Assembly (NCBI GenBank): GCA_049968235.1
Contig: JBMFRC010000001.1
Coordinates: 128,001 to 192,000, forward strand
Length of the DNA stretch: 64,000 bases
DNA from: Candidatus Hydrogenedens sp.
GTDB lineage: Bacteria > Hydrogenedentota > Hydrogenedentia > Hydrogenedentales > Hydrogenedentaceae
Direction of reading: 5' to 3'
Shown here: piece after piece, positions 32,301 to 39,708 of the stretch
Layout: every line of letters starts with the position of its first letter
Numbering within the stretch: the stretch's first letter is position 1
Made by a program: the position numbers and the translations under genes
The notes under the pieces: generated by a model
Seen by the model: the letters and a program-made list of their open reading frames with translations, nothing else
What the model was told of the DNA's origin: nothing
Database searches by the model: none

Positions 32301-34876
32301 TTTATTCTACGACTTATCTCAGATGTAGAACCTGAAGGATATACTTCATCAATCCATTCCGTATCTTGAACATATTTTTTCTTCCAATCAAGATACATGT
32401 TAGAAAACCATATTCCTCCATCCCAGTGTCCACCATCCCTCGGATTCCACCGTCTCGGCTCTATAAATGCACGGAAATCACCACCAAATAGTCCTCCCGG
32501 GCCAGAGGTTCTTCCGGACAAATCTTTTCTCCCACTATTAGTTCTTAATACTATAAAATAATCCGGTTTCTCAATAGCAGTAGTAGAATAACCGAAATAA
32601 TCTATTTTAGATTCAAAATATCCTGTAGGTGTCTCATTGGGACGACATCTCCTCCTACCCCCTGCAAATCTCAATCGCACCTTCCACCATGGGTCTCCTC
32701 CTCCCGGTGGAAATGGTTCATACTCCCATGAAATTACTGTATCAACCATTCCTCCCTGGTCTTTAGAAGCAGGAATCATAGGATAATCAAGAAATGAAAT
32801 CCCATAACTATTTCCAGAACTATCTAAAGGAACTGGTGGGTTAAATATCCCATTTCCTTCTTCTGTATCATAAGTATCATGATACAACCATGCCCCATTA
32901 AAAGAATAATCATTTTGAACAGCAACAGAACAATCACCAGCATATGAAGTTGTTATGGGATCTAAGGCATAATTAGGATTAAACCCGCCATTACCCGGAG
33001 GTCCAAATGGGTCACCCCCAATATCTGTCAGGATAAGGTTTACTTCCCAAATCTGTGCATTTGGACTTCCATGAGCATTAATTCCTATTACAGGAATCCA
33101 TGAATCTACTGGCAAGACCTGTCGCAGGTCCATTATTTCTCCAGTAACTGCTTCAATAAAGGTATTAGAAATATCCCATCTCGGTCTTGTGTGCTCTGCT
33201 ACAGGGGTATACATAAAAAAGGGCCATCCCGAAAGATTGCAATTCTCTCCAGGACTATAATCCCCTGTTAAATCATATACATTAAAATGTGATTCATAGA
33301 ACTTTCCTTCATCCAAAAAATCTCCTTCATAAAAATTAGGACTATATGAATCTACAGGTTGCCCATTATTCTGCGTAAGGAAGGAACCAACTCCATAATT
33401 CCAGAATGGGAAAGGAACATTGCTTACTATTGATGAAAGAGTGGGACCTGTATAAGGTTGCATGCGGGCAGCGTTAACACGAACCCCGATTCTATTAAAA
33501 TTTTTCCATCTGTATGTCAAGCGAACCGCAACTATATAACCTGCCCCCGGGTCAGCACTTGCTGTTACCCATTGTTTTAAGATTCCCTCACTGGTATCTA
33601 CCCCATCATTGGTATTTGTAGCGACATCTAAATTTTTTACTTTTACAAACGGAAACAATTCTGTGGGAGGGGTATTTCTTGCTCTTACAGCGTTAAAAGG
33701 GTCCGTAGGGTCATAGTGTGGGCTTTGAGGATTCATTGTAAAATTAAGATTATAATTTAAATCCCTTGAGAAATTACCTTGAGCATTTGGCATTTCGTAA
33801 GGGAAACCATACCTATCCCATGTTAACATCGGTTTTCCAGGTTCGATACGGAAAGCATTGGGACTTCCTTGCAGATACACTAATCTACCATCATAATTGA
33901 AATCCAATACTTCATCTGGTTTGCCTTCAGGACCCGAGTCACAAAACAATCCGAATTCCAAAATATCCTCAGGCTCTATTGAAGGGGGCACTGTTTGAGG
34001 GTCATCATTCCTCAATGCTGCATACAAATGGTAACTCAATTGGACTAAAGTTCTTGGGGCAGGTTGGTCTGGGTTATATTTCATATTAAAATAAAAAAGA
34101 GGGACCCAATCGTTAAGAGGGACGAGACCCTGACCATCTTCTATTAAATCTTTTACTTCCATTGAAGCAGAATTGACTTGCGTGTCCTGGCGAACAATTA
34201 CATAGTCCTCTTTATAAGTAGGTTGTTCATTAAGAGGGGGGCAATATCTGTATTCCCCAGGATTATCCGGGTTTTCAAGTCGAATCCGCATCCCTATTGT
34301 ATATCTTCCTCCTGTCTGGAAATATTGGGAATTTTGTCCTCCAATGACAAAGACTTGTTGGTCGGGTGCAACACGAGGGTCATACTGCTGTTCTACCTGG
34401 AATTCCCATGCAAAGCCTGTAGTTCCAGGTATTCCACCTGTGTTACGACTGATATACCATGTGATATTTGTTATGTTTGGCATATCATTTGCATCAAATC
34501 CAGATAGTTCATATATCAGTCTAAATCCTACAGATAGAGGCGCTGCACCATCCGTCGGGTTTGCTATGAATCTTGCTGATAATTGGTCACATGTCGGATA
34601 AACAAGATTTGCAATTTGTCCTGGAACCAAAGAAGGTAGAATACCTAACAGAGCATCTGTCGGAGCAGAAGATGCAACTTGTATCCTCTTTTCCTGTTTC
34701 GGAATATCCGTATTCGTCATCTTATCATTAGAAGTATGTGGAAAAATAGATGGTTTTTCTGAATAAGTATTTTTACTCTCTTCCCCTGAAAAATAAAAAT
34801 TTACACCTAAAAGAAATGCACAACCTATTATCACGATAAATTGAAACGCCAAATAAAATTTATTCATTCGTTTCAC
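23399..34876 (-). CDS. giant (3825 aa) surface protein: N-terminal signal/anchor, two diverged super-repeats, two PKD domains, C-terminal IPT/TIG-like domains and C-terminal TM anchor
   Basis: Single uninterrupted ORF. Colinear internal homology between repeat 1 (about 34170-29000) and repeat 2 (about 28270-24400), for example PFPPGGGDPWWK, FRVFIEPRR, VAFWGP[DE]F, FVFSSPGTD, TPTEPDPD and FPWG.RGLGFI. PKD signatures WDFGDGTQ and WSWSFGDN. Terminal ...DIGLVIAVLLFLLSAKKKQTT. Confidence 0.8.
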   Translation of the reverse strand: MKRMNKFYLAFQFIVIIGCAFLLGVNFYFSGEESKNTYSEKPSIFPHTSNDKMTNTDIPKQEKRIQVASSAPTDALLGILPSLVPGQIANLVYPTCDQLSARFIANPTDGAAPLSVGFRLIYELSGFDANDMPNITNITWYISRNTGGIPGTTGFAWEFQVEQQYDPRVAPDQQVFVIGGQNSQYFQTGGRYTIGMRIRLENPDNPGEYRYCPPLNEQPTYKEDYVIVRQDTQVNSASMEVKDLIEDGQGLVPLNDWVPLFYFNMKYNPDQPAPRTLVQLSYHLYAALRNDDPQTVPPSIEPEDILEFGLFCDSGPEGKPDEVLDFNYDGRLVYLQGSPNAFRIEPGKPMLTWDRYGFPYEMPNAQGNFSRDLNYNLNFTMNPQSPHYDPTDPFNAVRARNTPPTELFPFVKVKNLDVATNTNDGVDTSEGILKQWVTASADPGAGYIVAVRLTYRWKNFNRIGVRVNAARMQPYTGPTLSSIVSNVPFPFWNYGVGSFLTQNNGQPVDSYSPNFYEGDFLDEGKFYESHFNVYDLTGDYSPGENCNLSGWPFFMYTPVAEHTRPRWDISNTFIEAVTGEIMDLRQVLPVDSWIPVIGINAHGSPNAQIWEVNLILTDIGGDPFGPPGNGGFNPNYALDPITTSYAGDCSVAVQNDYSFNGAWLYHDTYDTEEGNGIFNPPVPLDSSGNSYGISFLDYPMIPASKDQGGMVDTVISWEYEPFPPGGGDPWWKVRLRFAGGRRRCRPNETPTGYFESKIDYFGYSTTAIEKPDYFIVLRTNSGRKDLSGRTSGPGGLFGGDFRAFIEPRRWNPRDGGHWDGGIWFSNMYLDWKKKYVQDTEWIDEVYPSGSTSEISRRINSPWWTERSHTQDNVKPQRVGFEVHDLVLTYSTDNTFGRETYIHPTQPIHISNHAVDIVNIAFYDWRGLNGVTNLSLWSDPPIQLGLGFDVFGIFNQRFLLGLAPPSDLILDPNTNPLLNSSSALGYLYNPGILPDYSEAIFWTGQPVPNLDELTSFQYAFETVPFEPTFDDPLLPRSLTPRSTAYPKPFIQPTLPDYYTWPMRLGLVNFGSRCIVYADEGTLGDNLEYYHFDPSEDPNVIETWQGVWAGYKDDVYYAELLDGNFAGVDLSGWWFIDNNGGRYYIKSNSGNILELENGHSAYISPYMMNGNKLSVSQYPYGVRGGRANAVERGPWLVTQNTMVRNRYPQMADWPAGWGNNTVSSGPNGESRSARILRQKVEYKSQPVAVLGFNLSGADDPVVNRSGPVALNSIYVAFWGPEFDPSDLTPLDSTGGTLPSSGVLLYEDTNADGVFTGPVFLDTVSVPVFTDRIVPLVPGSLEWGIKPEPVDLDGDNIPDDLSGDGIVTDGNVDLSDLERPQLTSAQKKAWDGLKDLAWVLKLTPAQPWTVPQSDIRSGGANPPITAKSLEANSNLSLPLSPEIIKDVKDTEKITSSAKKSLLLDIVSPEYDDEGVANVVPMEKDAKALTAGGHRGDDLFVVIRTSDTVSAFEEFRCLVPARLPDRTPTTAQFAGVVFSQGGLTSRGAVVKTNPEEGGLQDFYGHDMLQVSVPSRIVDMTDALLPPSTSGITTPVIIPGGQPIAILGIDASMNRVENLIAYGNGTGASAGDKAFSPDARDIIIPETSLKDFYSNGAWTQNIVGMWLIAYGQADQEVNKRVEAFEITGAQGRTLRLRAGTPKNGSPWYVVKDPTFLEQVIVEFYNANTQTTVRGFDPYNDLLPLNEEDPANGKESGVSIWRDNDWDPRNTNGVFDPPIINNDGTVDYIDLPLRLDNSPVWYSRPGDPRYQVRFVFSSPGTDNSVGRDPTQGGTPYISQPRLRQPIPVCFGDCPSENGYGPDFFVVIRTSSAISAGDAFQAAIVSFGGDTPTEPDPDNFVRIYPGAGDINDGLFYLYSEFPWGNRALGFISFFKDPLIYRYWAYNDRLRKWTARAEVDMSQAQSDRLGLNWIRTNPVASGRTKTIVALQVPTVDFTADRQRQIPGGQIKFTLVPGSGITLASVQWDFGDGTQSTDRNPTHTYSQAGTYTVSVVIKDKNGLSASKIKRDYIEILSAPYVSFTAQPNSGYITPDAMGEKEPGLDVQFRDMSVGTDIWKVTAWSWSFGDNVPAIESTQQNPIHRYTKEGFYSVTLEVTFKNVNTNETMKLCYLIPNYITVGPCIGCPSTTEGEGQTEGTTEGENQEEPSAKFSVQSIIKDKEALLPLTDWVPLFNFTMGYDPENPAPRVLKSLVYRIRADKRSQGELNYGNQGGPNISDLLEFALFRENYSKKEEYNNQLDPYYDELLFKWNSDGTPLAQILTQNPYSPEGITYRLNFIGSGTPDKPDYPVVTAPNQDEGFDGNSYIVAVRTSATWRSQITMACDVLRAEMIKLNGIFPRNTDGDAIDEYDPNFYDAKKPEKMISDTGYSASFTVWDLNGIINPEQWEYSGFDAWNYPTRLYTPLAEHTRPKWSKFNQLLYMYAGELLSFRRLVAMDTWKPVIGINVHSTKSVHADGYDTLVGPRYTAEKRIWSQLREVNVIFTDIGADPYGPPGNGGFDPRESLDKVSTQINGLLINSDKVLFQDIVFNGVWVWHDTNNNGKFDPPTPLPDGQGVQLNGDYPLLPETVIGINLSEGFILPTGQLLNWEYIPFPPGGGDPWWKINLRFFYGRRRYVTPSDNDVSGFVEPIPDNYVGVATGSEYASDYFVVIRTDSGFKDVSQTVPDGNGVMMGADFRVFIEPRRVDNNGKPTGGIYVDSQIPPLGGLLDGGGPPWQSDLRWGQQEPWWNQRTVNEKSTKPMKVGLDVHDLVLTYTSDSPYKFESDIFYGSGSINLGNCLGYSVGLYDYPKDFDKWMDPEGKIRTQFLNLHSVGVTRWREFGGFTYSITDNNTFTVSFDYTHSRGQYAYETVPFDHVNILGPDTRSSAYVNPLDQPALPDYTTWSRNIGPNEYPRASQWASEFNRARLLTQKTDINSEHTAMLGINLVGSGDYVVNNEGQEAPSVAKIVVAFWGPDFSPDLLMPLDPDGKSYDSGVLLWEDTDQNGIFFEPKLLATYWDLPMPNIGDKPVPLNNLQWSSWPEPIDIDGDGSPDDMDGNGLIDQRDYAWVLTMYPKEKWRLPTDDFMNFLFGTVPIECGNIDFSDVIFEKNIKEKSSEETNTTNQSLEKQITNETGNNPGDDLFITVRLNDKGKRFQSFRAVIPATLPGRSDSEKKAGIQFFPQVNTSSTAYIKSSPEEDPVQDFYGNDMLETNIPVQIYDFTSQQQAIVPGGPSFCVMGFDISTNRPEDSLYQGTNGVGSEKTFTVSGVTFEPNSLIGDFLIDSAFESYEIVGNTTNQVYLLSGTPRNGSWRIERNPSFLEEVTLEFYDEGTNANFNPLNDLLPLHIDPQISGIALYRDNDADPRNRNGIFDADIDIPIPLDATPYYIGQTGEATQVKFVFSSPGTDDVPIPRVQQSRNRQWIPTSFGSNNKNPFYGPDFFVILRASDKMRTGVNFRIGVVNWGPNTPTEPDPDTWARLSGEQRNDFRKFREFPWGVRGLGFITYFKEPPVRYYMDGKKAGAKADNSGVNWVRSHCTKKRRTGVINSINRIIAPSSLVIESTSISELPIQTLEGQEITLVIYGRNFGNNPVVRLSGYQVRVIQATDTSITIAVSTMPGVVPMEPIVLLVRNTSNGDEASRTDLFTLTSKPVGRIPIINSINPNKGTSKEFPVTIQGSNFSTIENIQVYFGNTLMPVQSVSADGTSILITFPLGGIPTVGSLDVTVKNIDQGTEKTLVGGFEYANDAQTPKKRFYMFGCAERQDTQQSSFSAYAFDIGLVIAVLLFLLSAKKKQTT
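26915..26944 (-). repeat. exact 30-nt direct repeat copy B (encodes the PFPPGGGDPWWK motif of super-repeat 2)
   Basis: Identical 30-mer to 32681-32710. The 1922-aa offset matches the super-repeat period. Confidence 0.8.
32681..32710 (-). repeat. exact 30-nt direct repeat copy A (encodes the PFPPGGGDPWWK motif of super-repeat 1)
   Basis: cttccaccatgggtctcctcctcccggtgg is identical to 26915-26944, 5766 nt away. Confidence 0.8.
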
Positions 34877-35298
34877 GGCAACTTGCTCCTTATATTTTAT
34901 TCATATCCTTTTGCAATTCTTTAAATTTTATATGTATATCTTTAACTCTTTGCAGATGGAATATCTATCCTCCTACAAATATGTTGTATTAAAAGTATTT
35001 TACTACATACATAATATATATCTGAAACTTTTATCCTTTCTTAAAACCATTTTTTCGATAATAGTTTAACATTTATTAATAACCAATATACAATTTTTTA
35101 TTACATAAATTATAATATAATCTTATAATTATGTCAACAATTTATTTCATTTTCAAATTATTTTTGTCTTTTTATTCTACTTTTTTTAATAAATTAATTT
35201 TACAGCATATTTAACACACATTTGTCAAGAGAAATCTTTACTGAAAACTTTAATAAAAGGAACAAAATCGGATGTCAGATAAGAAAATCCTTTTAATT
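34877..35298 (-). promoter_or_regulatory. AT-rich 420-bp region upstream of the giant gene (probable promoter region)
   Basis: Long noncoding, extremely AT-rich tract immediately 5' of the giant ORF start codon. Confidence 0.3.
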
Positions 35299-37197
35299 TT
35301 ATCGGGAATTATCCACATCACTCACAGACTTTAACATATCACGAACAAGGTCTACCAATTCTTGCCTCACCTGATAAACACCCTGTTTTCCCTCTTTCTT
35401 TGCCCAGCGATAACGCGAGTCCATATCGTTTATTGCACCTATATTTAATGTACCTGCCAGGATACTGGGAGTTTGTTTTTTCTCTGCAAGTTTAATAGAA
35501 ATGGTAAGTGTAATCTCTCCTATTTTTGTTTCATCCTCTTTTTGATTGCTCACATAACCTGCTGTTAAAGTTGACATATAACGAAGTAACCGAAGTAAAT
35601 CGCCCTGATTTGTTAATACTTTATTTTCAGGTTTTTTTATGGTCCATTGCCCATCAATCTGTGAAAACATAAATGATTGAGAATCTATGATAATTCCAAT
35701 TTCTTGAACTTCTGCCGGAGAAAATCGATATAAAAGTAAGCTGCGGAAACTCTCCGGGCGAACCCAGATTTGAGAAATAATTTCTTTTGAAATAATTCCA
35801 ACTTCTCCGGTGTCGTTATTAATGTAAGAGTGCAATTCATCATCAGGAACAGGGACATATCGGATTTCAAAGGTTTTTCCATCTTCCATAGTAAACCGTA
35901 ATATATCTTTTGATTTATTTAATCCTCGTTCTTCCCATGTTCCTCCGGGAAAACTTTGCACCTCTATGTTCTTTAATTTACCCAGATAATCATTTATAGT
36001 TAATACATCAATATCTTCTAACGGGGGGTCAGACATCACCCATCCTTTTTCTTTTGTTTTTTCAAGTATAAATACAGTTTGTTCACCTTCCATTCTTTCT
36101 ATTTTATTTACATTTGTTAGTTCATTTGTAAAAATTTTACGATTTCTAAAACTTTCGGGAGAACGAGGTAATAATTGCAAGAATTGAGGGTCTAATAAAA
36201 AGACAGAGTTCTGTCCTGATAATTTTGCGAAGACACCCGTACATTCCGATAATTTCAATCGTTTTCGTTTTTCTTTATCTTTCTCCTGAGTACTTTGTCC
36301 TGCGGTTTGCACTCCTCCTAAAAATAATGTTTGAGGTTTTTTGTATTTTGCATCCAGATAGGTTAATCGGCATCGAGGAGGGTCTAACCCATAATCAGAC
36401 AAACTTTCAGGATTATCTATAAAGTCTCTTGCAACACCGTATTGTATCTCTGATGCAAGAGCATTTACGGCTTCCTGGTCTGCAAGTCCTTGACTCGGTG
36501 CTATAATTTTCCATGGAGATTTTTCATTTTCCCGTTCCATTATAACCGCAGTGGATTCTTCACCAATTTTGGGCGTGTAATTTGCGTCCTGGATGTTATC
36601 ATCTTCGGTCCATATCCGCGTATATTCGATACGAATCAAAGGAGTTTCTCGCTCTGTAACTAAAAATCGGAATCGCAAATCTTCTAATGAACGATTTAAT
36701 TCAAAAAATTGTTTGTCATCCACTAAAAATACCGACTGTCCATCCATTGTTGTATAACGGTAAGTACTGGTAGGGTCAAGAAGTCCAAAATTTAGTTCTA
36801 TCGGTTCTTTCATTCCATCAATTACCGCTTTAACAGTCAAACTCGGTTTGTCCAGACCGTATGCAGTTTTATCATCCATTTTTGCAACCAGTGTTCTCTG
36901 ATTTTTTAGTTCGGCAAGATTTTTTGCAACCCGTTCCCACATCAATTGAAATGCTGGAATATCCGTAGAGGGTTTTATAAAACACCATTTCCCCTCCGTA
37001 TTTTTTTTAGCGATACATGCGAATTTTCCTGCCTGCTGTATATAAAGTTCGCGGACTGTCTGTGGCTCAAATGAAAAAACCTTCTTTACCTCTTCCCGAA
37101 TCGTTTGTTGCTCTTCCTTTTGCCAATCTAAGAACCAATAGAAAGAAAGGAGACATACCAGAATTATTATCAGAACTATGGTATTACGCCATTTCAC
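35299..37197 (-). CDS. DUF4340-like membrane-anchored protein (fourth gene of the ABC/GldG module)
   Basis: N-terminal TM IVLIIILVCLLSFYWFL followed by a large extracytoplasmic domain. The ORF-track ATG (37284) overlaps the upstream gene by 90 nt. A GTG at 37197 preceded by AAGGAGG, overlapping the upstream TGA (GTGA), is the more likely start. Confidence 0.5.
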   Translation of the reverse strand: MKWRNTIVLIIILVCLLSFYWFLDWQKEEQQTIREEVKKVFSFEPQTVRELYIQQAGKFACIAKKNTEGKWCFIKPSTDIPAFQLMWERVAKNLAELKNQRTLVAKMDDKTAYGLDKPSLTVKAVIDGMKEPIELNFGLLDPTSTYRYTTMDGQSVFLVDDKQFFELNRSLEDLRFRFLVTERETPLIRIEYTRIWTEDDNIQDANYTPKIGEESTAVIMERENEKSPWKIIAPSQGLADQEAVNALASEIQYGVARDFIDNPESLSDYGLDPPRCRLTYLDAKYKKPQTLFLGGVQTAGQSTQEKDKEKRKRLKLSECTGVFAKLSGQNSVFLLDPQFLQLLPRSPESFRNRKIFTNELTNVNKIERMEGEQTVFILEKTKEKGWVMSDPPLEDIDVLTINDYLGKLKNIEVQSFPGGTWEERGLNKSKDILRFTMEDGKTFEIRYVPVPDDELHSYINNDTGEVGIISKEIISQIWVRPESFRSLLLYRFSPAEVQEIGIIIDSQSFMFSQIDGQWTIKKPENKVLTNQGDLLRLLRYMSTLTAGYVSNQKEDETKIGEITLTISIKLAEKKQTPSILAGTLNIGAINDMDSRYRWAKKEGKQGVYQVRQELVDLVRDMLKSVSDVDNSR

Positions 37198-38858
37198 TTT
37201 AATTTCCTCCTTACAAAATAGACAAAAATTCCTGCGAACAAAACAATTTGAGGTGTCATCATCACAGCACACCAGAGCAACCATTGTTTTTGAGTGTTTG
37301 TAAGGACTATCGGTTTGTCTTCCTTTGTTGTCGGACGGATAGCAATAAGTTCATCGTGTTCCGTAAGCCATGCTAAACTATTTAATAGAAAATTAATATG
37401 TCCTCCGATACTAATCCGCTCATTGGTAATAAAATCTGCATCTCCCACGACAACAAAACGGCTTCGTTTTTTCGTTCCATCTGCCTGGTCTTTCGTTCGT
37501 ACTCCTGCTACCGCCACATAAAGTGGTCCTTCTTTCTCACCGGCCTCATACTTCACAGTTCCACCTTCTGCTAACCGAGAGAGGTCTGTTTCTGCCCAAT
37601 AATCGGGTGGTGTCCTGAGTAAAGGGAAAACCTGCAAATTCTCCGGCATTTTTTCAATAGGGTTAACAGTTCGCACTGCTCGCCATAGTAAAGGCTGGTC
37701 CATTCGTTGTGTAATGGGATGGTCAATACGCATGGAACCCCGAAAATCCATAAAGTCTTTTTCTACATTTTCAAAAGGCTGTGGGTCCGAACGGAATTCT
37801 ATTTCCCATGGATTTTTTCGCTGAATTGTAAAAGCAATATCCGAGCCGACATTGATACCCAATTGTTCCTTCAACCATGGACGCAAATTTTCTGCCCCAC
37901 TTTTGCCCAAACGAACACTTATCCATGGTTCAAATAAGATAAAAAGACGGCCCCCTGCATTTAGGAAATTTAAAATGGCATTCAATTCTTCACGGTTCAA
38001 ATCTCCTTTGGGATTATGAATAATAACTGCTTCATAACTTTTGGGAACTTCGGGCAATTCAATACTTATCTGGAAAGGCTCAATTTTATATGTCTCGCCT
38101 TCTATAATCTTTTTCGCTGTAGAAAGCCCGCCCGGACTGGTATCATCAATCGGTGTCTCATCATGTCCTGTTAAATATCCAATTTTTGTTTCGGTCTCTT
38201 TTAATACATTAATTAAAGATTGAGTGAAATCTCGTTCCTCCATGCGCGGATTAGCACCACTCAACATAATAACCCTCTGGCGAGTGCCACATTTTAATAC
38301 AATAGTTCCCTGAGTTGATGCGTGGGTTATTTCCAGTGCTTCCAGACGGGCACGGTCTATTTGCGGGTCCAAAATTTCTATATTTAAAAAGGGTGTATGT
38401 TTTTTACACTGCTCTAAAAAACGAAGGGTTTTATCTCGGGCAATTACCACAGATTCTTCGTCAATATTGATAAAGAAACACAATACTTTTACTTCTTTGT
38501 TGATTGACTGCAAAACTTTAATGGTTTGTGGGGATAATGTTCGACGACCTTCTTCTGTCAGGTCAACGGAAATATCCCATCGCAAGACGAAAGCATATAG
38601 AACTATGCAAATCCCTAAAAAAGTAAGTGTCGAAAGGACTGCATTTAAACCCGAAACAGCACGACCTGACCAACCTGATTCCATCACAATATTCCAGAAA
38701 ACTGTCCCTAACCAGATAATACCTGAAACAACAAAAACTCCTCCCAATAATAAAACCCACAGATTAAAAGCATCCTGCTTCCAAACAACATAATTTAAAA
38801 CAATCAGTAAACTGATGGCAGAAATAATACCGCTATAAGTCTTTAAATACCTTTTCAT
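37194..38858 (-). CDS. GldG-like ABC-transporter auxiliary component
   Basis: 554 aa with an N-terminal TM, a large periplasmic domain and a C-terminal TM (PQIVLFAGIFVYFVRRKLK). Gene order ATPase, ABC-2 permease, GldG-like, DUF4340 is the conserved four-gene module. Confidence 0.6.
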   Translation of the reverse strand: MKRYLKTYSGIISAISLLIVLNYVVWKQDAFNLWVLLLGGVFVVSGIIWLGTVFWNIVMESGWSGRAVSGLNAVLSTLTFLGICIVLYAFVLRWDISVDLTEEGRRTLSPQTIKVLQSINKEVKVLCFFINIDEESVVIARDKTLRFLEQCKKHTPFLNIEILDPQIDRARLEALEITHASTQGTIVLKCGTRQRVIMLSGANPRMEERDFTQSLINVLKETETKIGYLTGHDETPIDDTSPGGLSTAKKIIEGETYKIEPFQISIELPEVPKSYEAVIIHNPKGDLNREELNAILNFLNAGGRLFILFEPWISVRLGKSGAENLRPWLKEQLGINVGSDIAFTIQRKNPWEIEFRSDPQPFENVEKDFMDFRGSMRIDHPITQRMDQPLLWRAVRTVNPIEKMPENLQVFPLLRTPPDYWAETDLSRLAEGGTVKYEAGEKEGPLYVAVAGVRTKDQADGTKKRSRFVVVGDADFITNERISIGGHINFLLNSLAWLTEHDELIAIRPTTKEDKPIVLTNTQKQWLLWCAVMMTPQIVLFAGIFVYFVRRKLK

Positions 38859-38873
38859 CGGCTAATAATACTC

Positions 38874-39704
38874 CTACTTTCGCCAGTTTCTCGACTCTAA
38901 GGAACGGAATGTCAAAAATATAAAGAAGGCTGTGCAAAGAAAGTAATAGGCTATGTCCTTCGGTTCGACTATTCCCAATGCCATATTCTTCGCATGATTA
39001 TCTAATGGTAGTTCTAATAATAAAGAACGAAATAGAACATATAACTTTTCAACAATATTTTTTAACATTAACGGGAAAGAATTGGGCAATGGGGCAGATG
39101 CAGGTAATTTCTCTGCAACATTTCCAATAATAAACATCATTAAATAAATTCCAAAACTTACTAAACCTGCCGTTATTGGATAGGTTATCAAGGAGGAAAT
39201 AAATAAGCCGACACTTAAGACAGCCATTCCCATTAAAAAGACAGAACATAGTCCAAATAATAAAACACTCCATTCAACATCAGTAAACGGGAGCAGTAAA
39301 CAAACATTTAAGCTAATAAGAACTGTTGCCAGTAATAACACCGCTAATGCGGAGCTGAATTTCCCAAAAATAATGTCCCTATCTCGTAACGGATAAGTCA
39401 ACATTAGTTCCATTGTTCCTCGATGATATTCCTCAGAAAGTAACCGCATGGTAATTATCGGCGATAAAAACATAATCATAATTCCACAAAATACAAAATA
39501 CGGACTTAAAAAAGTCTCCTCAAAATCAGGCACAGAGGAATAGCCAAACTGAAACGGTGACTGAGAAATTTGCACATATGTCAAAAATGACATCACGAAG
39601 GCTGTACCTGTCAATAACGCAATTAAACCTAAAATCACATACCCCGAAGGTGTTACAAAAAAACTCATGAATTCTCTTTTCCCGATGTTCCACACAGATT
39701 TCAT
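38874..39704 (-). CDS. ABC-2 type transporter permease
   Basis: 276 aa with six predicted TM helices, immediately downstream of the ABC ATPase with a 4-nt gap. Confidence 0.7.
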   Translation of the reverse strand: MKSVWNIGKREFMSFFVTPSGYVILGLIALLTGTAFVMSFLTYVQISQSPFQFGYSSVPDFEETFLSPYFVFCGIMIMFLSPIITMRLLSEEYHRGTMELMLTYPLRDRDIIFGKFSSALAVLLLATVLISLNVCLLLPFTDVEWSVLLFGLCSVFLMGMAVLSVGLFISSLITYPITAGLVSFGIYLMMFIIGNVAEKLPASAPLPNSFPLMLKNIVEKLYVLFRSLLLELPLDNHAKNMALGIVEPKDIAYYFLCTAFFIFLTFRSLESRNWRK

Positions 39705-39708
39705 CGTT

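Noticed and set aside
23399-34876. Considered the giant protein to be an RTX / type I secretion adhesin
   Set aside because: There are no C-terminal GGxGxD nonapeptide repeats and no T1SS ABC/MFP/TolC genes nearby. Instead it has an N-terminal signal or anchor and a C-terminal TM. Its neighbours are T2SS/T4P genes.
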